Origin: Elsinoe ampelina
Taxonomy: Eukaryota
Direction: 5' to 3'
Assembly (NCBI GenBank): GCA_010093995.1
Contig: ML992512.1
Coordinates: forward strand, 343,736 to 407,735
DNA: 64,000 nucleotides
Positions 23,270 to 35,873 of the stretch are shown one piece after another. The position numbers and the translations under genes are program-made. The notes below the pieces were generated by a model, which did not search any database, was not told where the DNA came from, and saw only the letters and a list, made by a program, of their open reading frames with translations. Position 1 is the stretch's first letter. Every line of letters starts with the position of its first letter.

Positions 23270-26200
23270 ATGAGGGGCACGGACGAAAAACAACATTCCC
23301 TAGATGTCAATCAAGCGCCACAAACAGATGCGGTCAAGGCAGTCAACGACGTCGAAAAGGCTGCTGTGGCGTCCTCTGGAGTGCCCATGAATGATGCAAC
23401 TGCTCCAGTCGACCTCAAGCGCGTCGATTCCACACCGCCGCCCAAAAGCAGTGACGGCAAAGAGGACGAGAAAGATGTCTTTGCCCACCTGCCCGAACAC
23501 GAAGCTGCTGTCCTCCGACGCCAACTCGACACTCCCGAGAACAAGGTCGGGTATTTCACGCTTTACCGCTATGCCGACAAGATGGACCTCATCATGGTCA
23601 TCGGCGGTGCTGCTTGTGCCATCATCGCCGGAGCCCTCTTGCCACTCATGACACTCGTCTTTGGCAGCTTGACAGGAACATTCCAAGGATACTTCCAAGG
23701 CACTGTCACTGGTTCTGTCTTCAGCGATGAGCTCAGTAGTTTCACGCTGTACTTTGTCTATCTCGGCATCGGCAGTTTCGCCATGACCTTCATCGCTACT
23801 GCGGGTTTCATCTACGCGGGTGAACGTATTGCAGGCAAGATCCGGCAAAACTACCTAGCTGCAGTCCTCAGACAGAACATTGGCTATTTCGATAAGCTGG
23901 GAGCAGGAGAGATCACTACCAGAATCACCTCGGACACGAACTTGATTCAGGACGGGATATCCGAGAAAGTGCCTTTGACCTTGCAAGCCCTGGCGACTTT
24001 CTTTTCCGCCTTCATCATCGCCTATGCTCGTTTCTGGAAGCTGGCGTTGATCCTCACCAGTACCATTTTGGCTATTGGTGTCACCATGGGTGCCGCAGGC
24101 GTCTTCATCATGAAGTGGAATAAGAACACCCTTGAGCAATACGGAAAGGGTGGCTCGCTTGCTGAGGAAGTACTCAGCTCAATCCGCAATGCTACAGCTT
24201 TCAATGCTCAAGACAAGCTTGCGAAGCAGTACGACAAGTTCCTGGCAAATGCTGAAAAGTCTGGTTTCAGGACAAAGGGTTTCACTGGTTGCCTGATCGG
24301 TGTGCTGTTCTGCTTCATCTACCTCAACTATGCTCTGTCGTTCTGGATGGGTTCGCGATTCCTGGTTGGCGGAGAAATGACGCTTTCCCAAGTCGTCACT
24401 GTCCAGTTGGTCATCATCATTGGTGCTTTTTCGCTTGGAAACGTGGCACCGTCCGCTCAAGCAATGACGACTGCGGTCGCTGCTGCCAGCAAGATCTATG
24501 CCACTATCGATCGAGTGTCTCCACTCGATCCCGACACGGATGCTGGCGAGACATTGAAAGAGGTTGAAGGTGTTCTCGAGCTCGTCAATATCCGACACAT
24601 CTATCCTTCTCGCCCGGAAGTGGTTGTCATGGAGGATGTATCTCTCAAGGTCGAAGCTGGTAAGACGACTGCTCTGGTCGGTGCTTCTGGATCTGGCAAG
24701 AGTACTATCGTCGGACTGGTGGAGCGTTTCTACGACCCCGTTGGCGGTAAAGTCTTGCTTGATGGCCACGACATCAGCACTCTCAATCTCCGCTGGCTTC
24801 GTCAACAGGTTGCACTGGTACAGCAGGAGCCGGTACTGTTCGCAACGACCATCTTTGACAACATTGCTCACGGTTTGATCGGTACGCCACATGAAGGTCA
24901 GCCTCGAGAAGAGATCAAGAAGCTTGTGGAGTCAGCAGCAATGACCGCCAATGCGCACGACTTTATCACCAAGCTGCCGGAAGGGTATGAGACCAATGTG
25001 GGTGACCGAGGCTTTCTTCTGTCTGGAGGTCAGAAGCAACGTGTGGCTATCGCCCGAGCTGTCGTCAGTGACCCGAAGATCCTGCTTCTTGATGAAGCCA
25101 CTTCTGCCCTGGATACCAAGAGTGAAGGTGTCGTCCAAGCAGCGCTCGACAAGGCAGCCCAAGGCCGCACCACCATCACCATCGCCCATCGTCTCTCGAC
25201 CATCAAGAACGCCGACAAGATCGTAGTCATGAACCGTGGTGCTATCGTCGAGGAAGGAAAACACTCTGAATTATTGCAAAAGAAGGGGACATATTGGGAT
25301 CTTGTCGAGGCTCAACGCATCGCTGCTCAGCAAGAGGCCAGACAGGAGACGACCGAGGACACCAGCGATAGCGATGAGACTCCTGCTCTCTCACCTCAGC
25401 TCACTCGTGTCTCTACTGGCCGACCAGAGAGCTTGCGCATGAAGGCCACAAGGACCATGTCTGCATCAAGCAAGGTGCTCAAGGACAAGAAGCCCGAGGA
25501 GAAGTCACAGTATAGCATCTTCACGCTGATCAAGCTCATCGCCAGCTTCAACCGCAAAGAATGGTACCTAATGATGCTCGGCCTGATTTTCTGTGTCGTC
25601 ACTGGTGGAGCCGAACCGACAGCCGCAGTCTTCTTTGCCAAATCTATCGAGGCATTGTCGCTTCCAGAAAGTCGGTATGCGGAACTCCGAAGCGATGCAA
25701 ACTTCTGGTGCTGGATGTATCTCATGCTGGCTTTGGTCTTGCTATGCGCACACATCATATCAGGTGTCTCGTTCGCGTACGCATCGGAGAAGCTGATCCA
25801 TCGTTCCAGAGATGCTTCGTTCCGATATATGCTACGTCAGGATATGGCATACTTTGATCAGGAGAAAAACAGTGCTGGTAGTCTCTCATCATTCTTGTCA
25901 ACCGAGACGACGCACTTGGCTGGTATCTCTGGTGTGACGCTTGGAAATATCTTGACGACGTTGACCACACTCATCTCATCGTGTGTCGTCGCTCTTGCGA
26001 TTGGCTGGAAGCTGGCGTTGGTGTGCATCTCGCTGATTCCTGTCTTAATTGGATGTGGTTTCCTGAGATTCTTCCTCCTCGCCAGATTTGCGGCAAGATC
26101 GAAAGAATCGTATGAGCGGTCCGCTGGGTATGCTTGCGAAGCTGCGTCAGCTATCAGAACTGTCGCATCTCTTACTCGCGAAAAGGACGTTTGGTCTCAC

Positions 26201-27280
26201 TACTCTGCACAGATCAATGCGCAGAGCAAAGCTGGTATTCACTCCATCTTAAGGTCATCTGCACTTTTCGCCGCCTCGCAGTCATTATCCTTCCCATGCA
26301 TTGCGCTTGGATTCTGGTACGGCGGTACACTGATCAGCCGCGGCGAGTATACCATGTTCCAATTCTTCTTGGTCTTCACTGCTGTCATCTTCGGTGCACA
26401 GTCAGCTGGTACCATCTTTGCCTTCGCCCCTGACATGGGCAAGGCCAAGCAAGCAGCATCGAGCATGAAGACCCTGTTCGACCGCGTTCCCGCCATCGAC
26501 AGCTGGTCAGAAAGCGGCAGCCCAATCACCACCACGACTGGCGAAATTGAGTTCCGTGATGTCCACTTCCGATACCCCACACGCCCCGAGACCGCCGTCC
26601 TTCGCGGACTCAACCTCACCGTCAAGCCAGGCCAGTATGTCGCTCTCGTCGGCGCATCAGGCTGCGGTAAGTCGACCACCATCGCACTGCTCGAGCGCTT
26701 CTACGATCCCTTGACCGGAGCCGTCATGCTTGACGGCCAAGACATCACCACCGTCAACCTCACCGACTACCGCTCCCGCATCGCTCTCGTCAGCCAAGAA
26801 CCCACCCTCTACCAGGGCACAGTGAGGGAGAACATCCTCCTCGGCGCACCCGACGAGTCCGTCGTCTCCGACGCGGACATCGAACGCGCCTGCCGCCAAG
26901 CCAATATTTACGACTTTGTCATCTCCCTCCCCAATGGCTTCAATACCATTGTCGGCAGCAAGGGCTCTATGCTGTCAGGCGGACAGAAGCAGCGCATCGC
27001 CATTGCGCGTGCACTCCTCCGCGACCCGACCGTGCTGCTCCTAGATGAAGCCACGAGCGCATTGGATAGCGAGTCCGAGAAGGTCGTGCAGGAGGCATTG
27101 GACAAGGCGGCCAAGGGAAGGACGACGATCGCCGTGGCGCACAGGCTGAGCACGATCCAGAGGGCGGATGTGATTTACGTGTTTGATCAGGGGGTGATTG
27201 CGGAGAAGGGGACGCACGCGGAGTTGATGAGGAGGAAGGGGAGGTACTGCGAGTTGGTGAATCTGCAGAATTTGGGGTAG
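23270..27280 (+). CDS. ABCB/MDR1-type multidrug ABC transporter (TMD-NBD-TMD-NBD), intronless
   Basis: 1336 aa with two Walker A motifs (GASGSGKST, GASGCGKST), two LSGGQKQR signatures and two LLLDEATSALD. Confidence 0.96.
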   Translation: MRGTDEKQHSLDVNQAPQTDAVKAVNDVEKAAVASSGVPMNDATAPVDLKRVDSTPPPKSSDGKEDEKDVFAHLPEHEAAVLRRQLDTPENKVGYFTLYRYADKMDLIMVIGGAACAIIAGALLPLMTLVFGSLTGTFQGYFQGTVTGSVFSDELSSFTLYFVYLGIGSFAMTFIATAGFIYAGERIAGKIRQNYLAAVLRQNIGYFDKLGAGEITTRITSDTNLIQDGISEKVPLTLQALATFFSAFIIAYARFWKLALILTSTILAIGVTMGAAGVFIMKWNKNTLEQYGKGGSLAEEVLSSIRNATAFNAQDKLAKQYDKFLANAEKSGFRTKGFTGCLIGVLFCFIYLNYALSFWMGSRFLVGGEMTLSQVVTVQLVIIIGAFSLGNVAPSAQAMTTAVAAASKIYATIDRVSPLDPDTDAGETLKEVEGVLELVNIRHIYPSRPEVVVMEDVSLKVEAGKTTALVGASGSGKSTIVGLVERFYDPVGGKVLLDGHDISTLNLRWLRQQVALVQQEPVLFATTIFDNIAHGLIGTPHEGQPREEIKKLVESAAMTANAHDFITKLPEGYETNVGDRGFLLSGGQKQRVAIARAVVSDPKILLLDEATSALDTKSEGVVQAALDKAAQGRTTITIAHRLSTIKNADKIVVMNRGAIVEEGKHSELLQKKGTYWDLVEAQRIAAQQEARQETTEDTSDSDETPALSPQLTRVSTGRPESLRMKATRTMSASSKVLKDKKPEEKSQYSIFTLIKLIASFNRKEWYLMMLGLIFCVVTGGAEPTAAVFFAKSIEALSLPESRYAELRSDANFWCWMYLMLALVLLCAHIISGVSFAYASEKLIHRSRDASFRYMLRQDMAYFDQEKNSAGSLSSFLSTETTHLAGISGVTLGNILTTLTTLISSCVVALAIGWKLALVCISLIPVLIGCGFLRFFLLARFAARSKESYERSAGYACEAASAIRTVASLTREKDVWSHYSAQINAQSKAGIHSILRSSALFAASQSLSFPCIALGFWYGGTLISRGEYTMFQFFLVFTAVIFGAQSAGTIFAFAPDMGKAKQAASSMKTLFDRVPAIDSWSESGSPITTTTGEIEFRDVHFRYPTRPETAVLRGLNLTVKPGQYVALVGASGCGKSTTIALLERFYDPLTGAVMLDGQDITTVNLTDYRSRIALVSQEPTLYQGTVRENILLGAPDESVVSDADIERACRQANIYDFVISLPNGFNTIVGSKGSMLSGGQKQRIAIARALLRDPTVLLLDEATSALDSESEKVVQEALDKAAKGRTTIAVAHRLSTIQRADVIYVFDQGVIAEKGTHAELMRRKGRYCELVNLQNLG

Positions 27281-27768
27281 ATGAGGGATGGAGGTGGGAG
27301 GTAGATGAGACGAAGGGGCAAGGTAGATGAGAAGGGGAAGGGGAAGGTATGAGAGGTTGACGCCACTCTTTCGTTGGCATGAGCGTGGCGTTTGGGTTCG
27401 GATGGGCGCATAGAGGTAGACGGGACTCTCCTCGGGATGGAGAATTTGCATGGCATGTAAGACACTTCTCAATCATCATTTCTTGACCAAGGAAGTTATT
27501 TGGCATTCATGCGTGGAACCATTGATCGCAGGTAGCAGCAAGTCTCGGGAATGGCAGACGCAGGTAAGCCAGAGTGGCCAGACTGCAATTCTTCTTTCCT
27601 CCCTTGGCTGGGTGGAATGGACTCGACGTTTGGCTGTGATTCCTCATCTGTCATGTGACCCGTGGATTTTCACACACCGCCAATGCCTGGACAACTACAC
27701 ATCCGCGCCACCGGCACAACTATATTGCTGTGTCTCACTTCTACTGTCAGAATCTCAGAGCAGATCTT

Positions 27769-28739
27769 ATGGCAGCCACCAGCGACAAAGCTCGTGCGAA
27801 GCTATACGCAAGGTATGTTCGGCTTCCAGCAGCTGTGTGTGATTCAAGGGCTGCACACTTCACATCAAACCTTCCAACGAACCACGGCTAATACACTATA
27901 GCTTCGCCAACAGTCCGAAGCTTTCCGATGTCACATTCCATTACGGCAACACAACCTTCTTCGGCCACAAGATCATCCTCGCCACCGGCTCCAACTACTT
28001 CATGAAACTCTTCACCCAGAACCCAGTACGTCTCCTTCTCCCTCCCGTCGGTACCCTATGCCTCTCCCCTACTCTTTCTCCTTCGTTTCCCGTCGAAATC
28101 CTCACTAACCACCCCCCCTCCAGAACCGCACAACCTTCCCCCTCCCCCCCTCCCCCTCCAACCCCACCACCACCTCCTCCACCCTCACCACAACCCTCAC
28201 CTACCTCTACGACCGCGACACCCTCTCCCTCCCCCTCACCCCCCCACCTCTCCCCCACAACCCACATCCGCACCCTCGTCTCCCTGCTCCGCTGCTCCGA
28301 GACCCTCTCCATCCCGAAACTGCAATCCGACGCACTCTCCAAAATCGCAAAACTCCTCGCCGACTTCCTGGCTCCGCATCGGCCTTTCGACCGTCATGGG
28401 GTGGGGGAGATTCTTGCTTCGCTGGCGGGTTTGTCGGGGGGGAGTATGAAGAAGGGGGTGAAGGGGGTTGTGGAGGCTATGGGGGCGAGGTGGTGGGCGG
28501 TGCTGAACGTGAAGGAGGTGGGGAAGGTGTTGAGGGTGCATGAGGCGTTGAGGGGGGTGGTGGGGGAGAGGTGTAAGAGGGAGAGAAGCAGGGTGGAGAG
28601 GGAGGGGAGGGAGGTGTGGGGGTGTCTGGGGCAGGAGGGGTGTGGGTGGTTTGTGGAGGTTGAGGAGGGGAGGGTGGAGGGGTGGAGGTGTGAGAGCTGT
28701 GGTGGGGGGATGGGGAGCGGGTATGAGGGGCTGAGGTAG
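27769..28739 (+). CDS. BTB/POZ plus Zn-ribbon protein, copy 1 (apparent +1 frameshift in the C7 run at 28239-28245)
   Basis: Introns 27813-27901 and 28026-28123. FANSPKLSDVTFHYGNTTFFGHKIILATGSNYF...TLTYLYD then continues in another frame to GCLGQEGC...RCESC. Confidence 0.7.
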
Positions 28740-29179
28740 GGAGAAGAGGAGGTGATGATAGGTGAAGGTAGGTGATGGCAGGAGATGGTAGGAGATCGTG
28801 GGGGACGGTAGAAGGGACTGGGTCGTGGTGGTCTGGTAAGATGCAATCATGGGCGGCAGCAATGGAGAGATGGGACAGGAGAGGGAGACAGTCAAGCCGA
28901 GATGCAGATATAGTGAATGATCGCTTTGATGTGGTATGCAGGATGCTGTAGCTCCGGAGAAGGTTTGTTGTCTCAAATTGGCTCTTGCATGCTTGCCGTT
29001 TGCATGTTTCTTGTTGGTCCGATGTGAAACAGCAACAAGCAGAGCGTCGAAGCACGTGATGGGTCGTCTCCTGTATATAAAACTTTTTCCTGGACGAAGA
29101 CCTCTTTCACCACCCGCCACTATAGCTTTCACACTACTTTGCGACAGATTATTGTAGACAACGGAAGTCCACTTCCAGC

Positions 29180-30018
29180 ATGGCCGATCAAGCAGAGTCA
29201 CGATCAACTTCTGGATCTAGTGTTACCGTAGGGACCAGCCCTCGCGACTCGTAAGTATTTGTGGTAGTTATCGTACTCATTGGCTCCAAGCTAACGTGTG
29301 TAGATGCTCCGATTCTCCATGCAATCACACTGTCACGATCCGCTTCGGCGACAACACCTTCATTGGCAACAGGGACCGCCTCATCAAGTTATCGGACTAC
29401 TTCAAAGCCATGCTAGGTGGGAACTTCGCCGAAGCGCAGACTAAAGAGATCCAGCTTCACGATGACGATCCAAAGTACCTGCGCAGAATGCTGCAATCGT
29501 CCGAACGAGATGTCACGTTTTGGATCAAGATGGACGATGCCAAACAGATGACGCGCACCCACGAACTGTACAAGGTGGCGGACAAGTACCAATTCACAGA
29601 TCTGCAGCAACAACTCATCCGGACTACAATAAGTCGATTCGGCCACGGCGAAGAATGGAACCACGATCAGATCAAAGACGCAGTGATGTTCCTGCGTAAA
29701 TTGCCCATCCGTGTTCTGGAGCCGCACTATCACAGATTCATCACTACACTCGAGGCGGGCAGATTCTTGCTCTCGGTGGTGTACACAGATTTCTTCGAGC
29801 GGTTTCTCGAAGACCACCCCAAAATAACTGTTCACCTCCTTCGAAACATGCTGTGGAGGGAGAGTCTTGACAGCGAGCATCTGATATGCAACAATTGCGG
29901 TTTTGGTTTCACCAGCGAGGAGCTTGATGACGCTTGGGAGCGGTGTCCACAGTGTGGCGAGTCTGATGATATCAATTCCCCATCGACCGGGGACTTTGGG
30001 CTTGAGATATTTTTTTGA
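29180..30018 (+). CDS. BTB/POZ plus Zn-ribbon protein, copy 2
   Basis: Intron 29251-29303; SDYFKAMLGGNFAEAQTKEIQLHDDDP, VADKYQ, C-terminal CNNC...CPQC. Confidence 0.88.
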
Positions 30019-30455
30019 GTCCTTCATCTATGTCGCATTTCGAGGGGAAATTCCAATCCTAGACTACCACACACGTCGTCATGAGCAGTGGCCTGAATGG
30101 CTCCGGTGTTGTTCTGGCGTATGCTGCGTCATGATTGGACGGCTTCGACACACGTGAGTATTGGGCTTGCAACCATACTTTCACGTTGAAGCGATTTTCG
30201 TGAGAGTGAGGTTGATAGTCCGGGCTGGCTTGAGGATCATTCACTTTGCTACTGGACCGGGAGGGCCAGGGTTCCATGGACGAGGTCGAATGGTGGGGAC
30301 GGCGTGACCACCTAGGACAAGATTGACTCGTTGCGAACATTCTATCATGGATTTTGAAAGCTGGGGCAGGTAGTCTAGATTGCATCTACTACCAGCAACT
30401 CGCTGTGACTACTCGCCGTCACTACATGGGAGAAATCCCCAACCTTCCCAGGCCA

Positions 30456-31303
30456 TCACTCCCACTCCTTGAATTCGACCTTTTTGGCGCACACAGAACA
30501 GAAATGAATCGTGCCCCAACCCTTGATCTGATATTGGGGTGTCCAAACATAATCACAAACTGAACACTGTCCACAACCGTTGAACAGCTTCCTGTTCTGC
30601 CAGATCAGATAAGTCACCTTGACCGCAAGCTGAGGATGGGCTTCCATCAGGTTGTCGAACTTGGGTAGGCGGAAGATAGACAGAAAGTACTTGTCGCCCA
30701 AGTGCTTGCACACGACATCGTAGTACGGCGCCAGTATGCCAGGATCAATTGTCTGTAGCGCGTCGATGGTGGCGTTGACCTTGGTTTTGCTCCAACCCTT
30801 GGATAGGTTCATGGCGATGCCGTTGATGATGGACTCCTTGAGGGCGTGCACCTGGTACTTATCCGCGACGGTGAGAAGCTTCAGTGCTCTGGCTCTGTGA
30901 TTTTGGTCGTCGATTTCCAGCTCGTCGGTCACGCCGTCATGGTAGATATACAGAAGCATCGTCTCCAGGCTGTCGGCATCATCCTCGTGAAGTTCGATCT
31001 CTTTCTGATTCTTGTCCTAATCGATCAGACTCAAGATTAACATACTCAGATCAGGACATGTTTACCTGGAATGCGCTCTTGAACATGGTGTCAAAGTAAT
31101 CTGACTTTGCAGCAAGCATCAAGCGATGAGCATGAAACTTGCGACCACTGAAGTGTAAAGTGATATCGGAGAAGGAAACCTCGTTCGCGAATCTGTGTTG
31201 TCAGTCTAAGAATACACGCAACTAGGACACATGCATACCGCGCGAACTGCCCCTGTGGTTTGATAGCTTTCGCCTCCTCAGGTTCTGGTTGACTGTCCGC
31301 CAT
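30456..31303 (-). CDS. BTB/POZ plus Zn-ribbon protein, copy 3
   Basis: Introns 31193-31238 and 31017-31065; FSDITLHFSGRKFHAHRLMLAAKSDYF, IELHEDD, VADKYQV, C-terminal CSVC...CSVC. Confidence 0.9.
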
Positions 31304-31578
31304 CGTGAGCTATGGCTTGAGAGACGAGGTGACAGGAAGTGTAAAAAGTGAATTCTCTTCGTGGATGCGATCCAAGTGAAAATTGAGATTGTGGTGAACT
31401 CACCGCGGTCAAACATGTGAATCACGTGAAAAGCGGGTCACGTCATGCTCCTCCGTCCTACATTGTCCAGATGCCGCATCGACTTTCCTACACGTTACTT
31501 CAAGACTTCACATCAACACATGAGCGAGCTTGGTAGTTCATCGCAGCGTCCGAGCCACTGCCCATATAGCGTCATCAA

Positions 31579-32429
31579 ATGGCACTTCGCCGTTCATCAT
31601 CAAGCATCAATGTCTACGCCCGGTCAGAATAATCAAAACATGACGAAATGTATGTCCGACTGACCAGCTCAGCTTCGCCGATAATGAAGAACTATCAGAC
31701 ATCACTATCTGCTACGGCGGCAAAGAGTTTCGCGCCCACAAATTCGTCCTGATCGCTCACTCCGACTACTTCAAAGCATTTCTCACCGGACACTTCCAGG
31801 AAGCTGGAAAGAGCAAAGTCCGCCTGGAGTCAATCAACAACGATGAAGGGCACACTTGGACTGGTCAAGAGGAGGAATTTCTGACCTTGATGCTCAGGTC
31901 GCTCTACGACAAAGACATGCTCGATCAGCACATTGACGCCATCTTCACTCCGGTCGATAAAGCTGAGTCCGCCGTCGGATTATATCTTGTCGCAGACATG
32001 TACCAAGTCAGCGTCTTGAAGCTAGCCATGGTAGAGAAGCTTGTGGACATTGTTACCATCATGCCCTGGGACAAGAATGGAATCGACAAAGTGGTGCACG
32101 AATTCTCGACTGTTGCAGCCTCAGATCTACGCCCCTTCAACGATAAGCTTGTCAAAGAGATGAGGAGTGGTATGTTTCTGGTCGTCATAGGTCTTGAGAG
32201 CTTCCGTGCACTGTTGAAGCGGGACGCAGATCTGGCAATCATGTGTATGGAGAGGGTCGTCAAGAATGCCCACATGTTCGGGACCGGGTATGATCATCCG
32301 AGGATGTGCGCGATATGTGGATACGTTATTACGTGCAGGGAGAATGGTTTCAACGCTGCCAAGTGCAACGGCTGCGGAAAATCTAATTCGTATGGGAGAT
32401 GGACTTACGAACTTCCGTCGAGCATCTGA
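31579..32429 (+). CDS. BTB/POZ plus Zn-ribbon protein, copy 4
   Basis: Intron 31623-31672; LSDITICYGGKEFRAHKFVLIAHSDYFKAF, VADMYQV, C-terminal CAIC...CNGC. Confidence 0.88.
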
Positions 32430-32747
32430 CGACAGAACGGCACTTTAACCATGATGGGCAGTCTGTGGCCTGAAGGCTAGACCAGACGTGTCAGAACAGC
32501 TGAACGGTGGCCAGTCCTCATTAGTCCTTCAGGGATGTCCTTCCAAATAGCAGTGAAGCCAGTTCCGGGCTCTGAAAGTCGTCCAATTCCTTGCAGCGAG
32601 GCGACCATTTAGTATGTTTAGTAGTGTGCATGAGCGGATGTCTGGCATTCCACTGCTTTAGCATTGAGCTAGCGTTGTCGTCAGTCCCACAGTGACTGTT
32701 CCTTCGCCATCAACCACTTTCGGACTCTGCATTTGTGTCTCTCAGTC

Positions 32748-33351
32748 TCAACCAAAATTTTCTTCTACACATCCATTCTCAGTATCTCCATAAGCCCGCA
32801 AGTCGTCCTCGACGGCCGTGGCTTCCATGATACGGACGTCGTCGAATCGCATCATGTCCCCATCAGAAGGATGAACAAGCCCAGTGATTTCTCGACGACA
32901 AGAGGGCATGAATTGGAATGGGAAATACCAAATCCAGTTGAGACAAACAGGATGAAGCTCTTCGATAGTCGAGAACTTTGCCAGCTCGCGATGCTCGGTC
33001 CGAGTATTCCACGTGCAAGCCGATATCGCTTTATGCGGGCGGCGTACGGTACCAATTACTTGAGATAGGCGTTGCCCCCGGAGAGCATGTCGACGCCCAG
33101 ATTGATCCAAACGTAGCGTCCAGTGAGCGAGAAGTCCGCGAACTCTTGCTGGTAGAGACCAAGGCTGCGGGCCTCGCTACATGCCTAAGTCGTTGCTGGG
33201 ATCGAAGTCGCCGAGTATAGATCGTCGTACTTGGGAATGCAAGATACGCTTGATGGAGGTCATACCTCGACATGCGAGGCTCTAATGTCAAGTGCCATAT
33301 CCCAGCACGGACCTCGAAGGGAAGTCAGGGAAAGAGACGGAAGGAGGCCAT
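32748..33351 (-). pseudogene. 2EXR-domain protein pseudogene
   Basis: Reads MASFRLFP*LPFEVRAGIWHLTLEPR, then *ACSEARSLGLYQQEF...RYVWINLGVDML...K*, the F-x-x-F-P-x-LP-x-E-x-R-x-x-IW and C-x-EAR signature of fungal 2EXR proteins. Stops at 33327-33325, 33187-33185 and 33058-33056, plus frameshifts. Confidence 0.75.
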
Positions 33352-33829
33352 GGAGCTGATCGACTCGATGACACCGAAAGGAGCCCTCTTGCCGACCTAC
33401 GATTGTATCATTCCTAGGCTCTGAGCTTCTGAATGTCGTCAATTTGAGGACGGGCACGCGATTGCGGCTCTACGCTGGTCACGTGAAGGGAACCTCGGCA
33501 AAGTTGCGCGGGATTTACTTCTCACAATGTACCTACTATGCTCGCCATAATTGCATCAACCATCCGAATCACAACGTTCAGCAGACTTGGGACTGACAGG
33601 GAGATTGCATGAATTCGCCACGCTACAACGAGTCGACCAACAACACCATGAAGGGACGAGACGTTTCAAACCACGACAGCGCGGCTTGCTGCTTTCTTGC
33701 TATCCAACAAATCCAGAGCCTTGATTGAGCCCAAGCCATGGCCATGACACTCATTCGTCCACGGAACACCAGAGGTAGAGCGACTGAATCTCATTATTTG
33801 GTCCAGATCGTCGTCGATGTCACATCGTC

Positions 33830-34714
33830 TTAATTGTCTACTCCAACGACAACGACAGTCTCGACAACCCTACCATAAGACCCGCAATGCTGCCGACACT
33901 TTGGCAATGGGCGGACTGGTGTATCGCACTCGAACTTGCCGTTACTATAGACTGCATGTAGGCAATTTTGACACATGTACCTGAAGTGGAATTTCGGCTG
34001 CTTCGGTGCAGTCAAGAATTCATGGAGCAGCTTCCTTGACAGGACTCCGTGCGCATCGAGCATCGAATGGAAAGATGTCAGCAGCATATGGCTATCAATG
34101 TTGCCCCTCAGTACCTGAGCCAAGCCATCCGCACGTGCTTCGAGTAGATGAGGGGGGAGCGGCACCAAAGCGGCGAAGACGGTATCGGGTGAATCGTTCT
34201 TCTCGAGAATCTGGATCAAGCGGTTCGACACGAGGTCGCTCAGACCCGCCACTTGGTATTTGTCGGCGACGACAATAAGATTGATCAGAAGGGTGGCACT
34301 GTCCTCCTCCAGCTTCTCCAGCGGGATAGCGAGTCCGCCGGTGTACATGTACTCAAGCATGGCATAGACAGCGTCAACGTCGTCCTCTTCGAGCTTGAGC
34401 TCGGATGCGTTACTGTCCTGGTAAATGTCAGTCTATCTCCTACCACCTGTTGACCACCTCACCGGTGGATGATGATGAAGTGGATGATGGACCCACCTTG
34501 AATTCGCCGCAGAACAACGTCTTGAAGTACATCGACTGACTGAGAAGCAGGATTTTGTGCGCGCGGATCCTTTTGTCCCCGAAGACGATTGTGATATCCG
34601 ACATGATCTCGCTATTGAAGAACCTGGAAGAGTGTTAGTCTTCCCTCGTGAGTCTCCGCGATGTCAGACACACTGGCTATCAACCTGACGGGGGGTCTTG
34701 CTTGCGATACTCAT
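33830..34714 (-). CDS. BTB/POZ plus Zn-ribbon protein, copy 5
   Basis: Introns 34624-34673 and 34418-34496; MSDITIVFGDKRIRAHKILLLSQSMYF, LEEDD, MLEYMYT, VADKYQV, C-terminal CQNC...CRQHC. Confidence 0.9.
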
Positions 34715-35038
34715 GCTGACTTTGGATGATGAGTGACTCGGCTGCTTTCGGTTGTGTCGCTTCCTTGCTGTGGTAGGATGTGGTGAAAAGAAAGGACGAA
34801 AGAAAGTGAAAACAACTGCAAACATGGGCTTTGTGATTTCTCTCATCAGGATCACATTTCAGGTAGATCACATTGTGATTCGGGGATCGAGAGAAATTTC
34901 TTCACCCCCCTTTTGTCTCACCTGCCTCACTTCACAGATCATACCTGGAGATCTGACATACCGTTGTTGTAGGTCTTCTATCGTAAAGAGGACTGTAGGG
35001 GTCTCCGTCGGACTAGCCTGAAGGAGCAAAACTTCAAC

Positions 35039-35873
35039 ATGGCGGAAGGCGAGGCCATCCCGAAGTAAGGGTGCCGGAGTCAATCTGGAACATCACAGGC
35101 TGACATGCCACAGATACTTCAAAAACCAGAGCTTCTCCGACGTCACCATCATCCTTCAAGGTCGCAAAATCCCAGCCCACCGTGTTGTGCTTGCTGCCGA
35201 ATCTTCTTTCTTCGACAAGCTCTTCACCGGTTCTTTCAAAGTGAGAAGCCATGTACATACGGATGCTGATGCCACTAACGCCACATAGGATAGCTCTGCT
35301 TCAGAGCTGTCCCTCGAGCACGATGATCCCGACGCAATGGAAGAATTGATCCGCTTCATGTACACTCAGAACAGCGACGGTATCGACACGCACTTCGGAT
35401 CCTTCGCCATCGACAAGCTGTGCAAGCTTATCACTGTCGCCGATAAATACGGTGTTGCACGCCTCAGGAACGTCGCATTGCGGGAGCTCCTCAACATCTT
35501 GCGCGGACGCTACACTCGAGCAGGCACAAGGGACGTCCTCACGGCTCTGGCTGAATTACCGACACACATGCTCGAACCCAGCTTCGACCAAATGCTTCTG
35601 GTATTCCGGGAAGAGGCACCGCAGCTTGTCCGTCACGCCACCTTCGACGCCCTACTGGACGCTCACCCGAAGCTAGAACGCTACATCGTGTATTGCGGGC
35701 TCAGTAGCGTGAGTACACAGCGGACCGCATATGTGTGCCTGAGCTGCGACTACTGCTTCCACACCAACCAGTGGGATGTACAGCTGGACCAGTTGGCTTG
35801 TGCGTCATGCCAGTTGGTCGGCCTCTGCGAACATAGTGGCCCTTTGGACATGTCGAAGCTGGAGGACGACTGA
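35039..35873 (+). CDS. BTB/POZ plus Zn-ribbon protein, copy 6
   Basis: Two introns, the first at 35065-35113; FSDVTIILQGRKIPAHRVVLAAESSFF, LEHDDP, VADKYGV, C-terminal CLSC...CASC. Confidence 0.9.

Noticed and set aside
28236..29207. Pro/His-rich minus-strand ORFs
   Set aside because: Products of the stop-poor G-rich skew arm over BTB copy 1.
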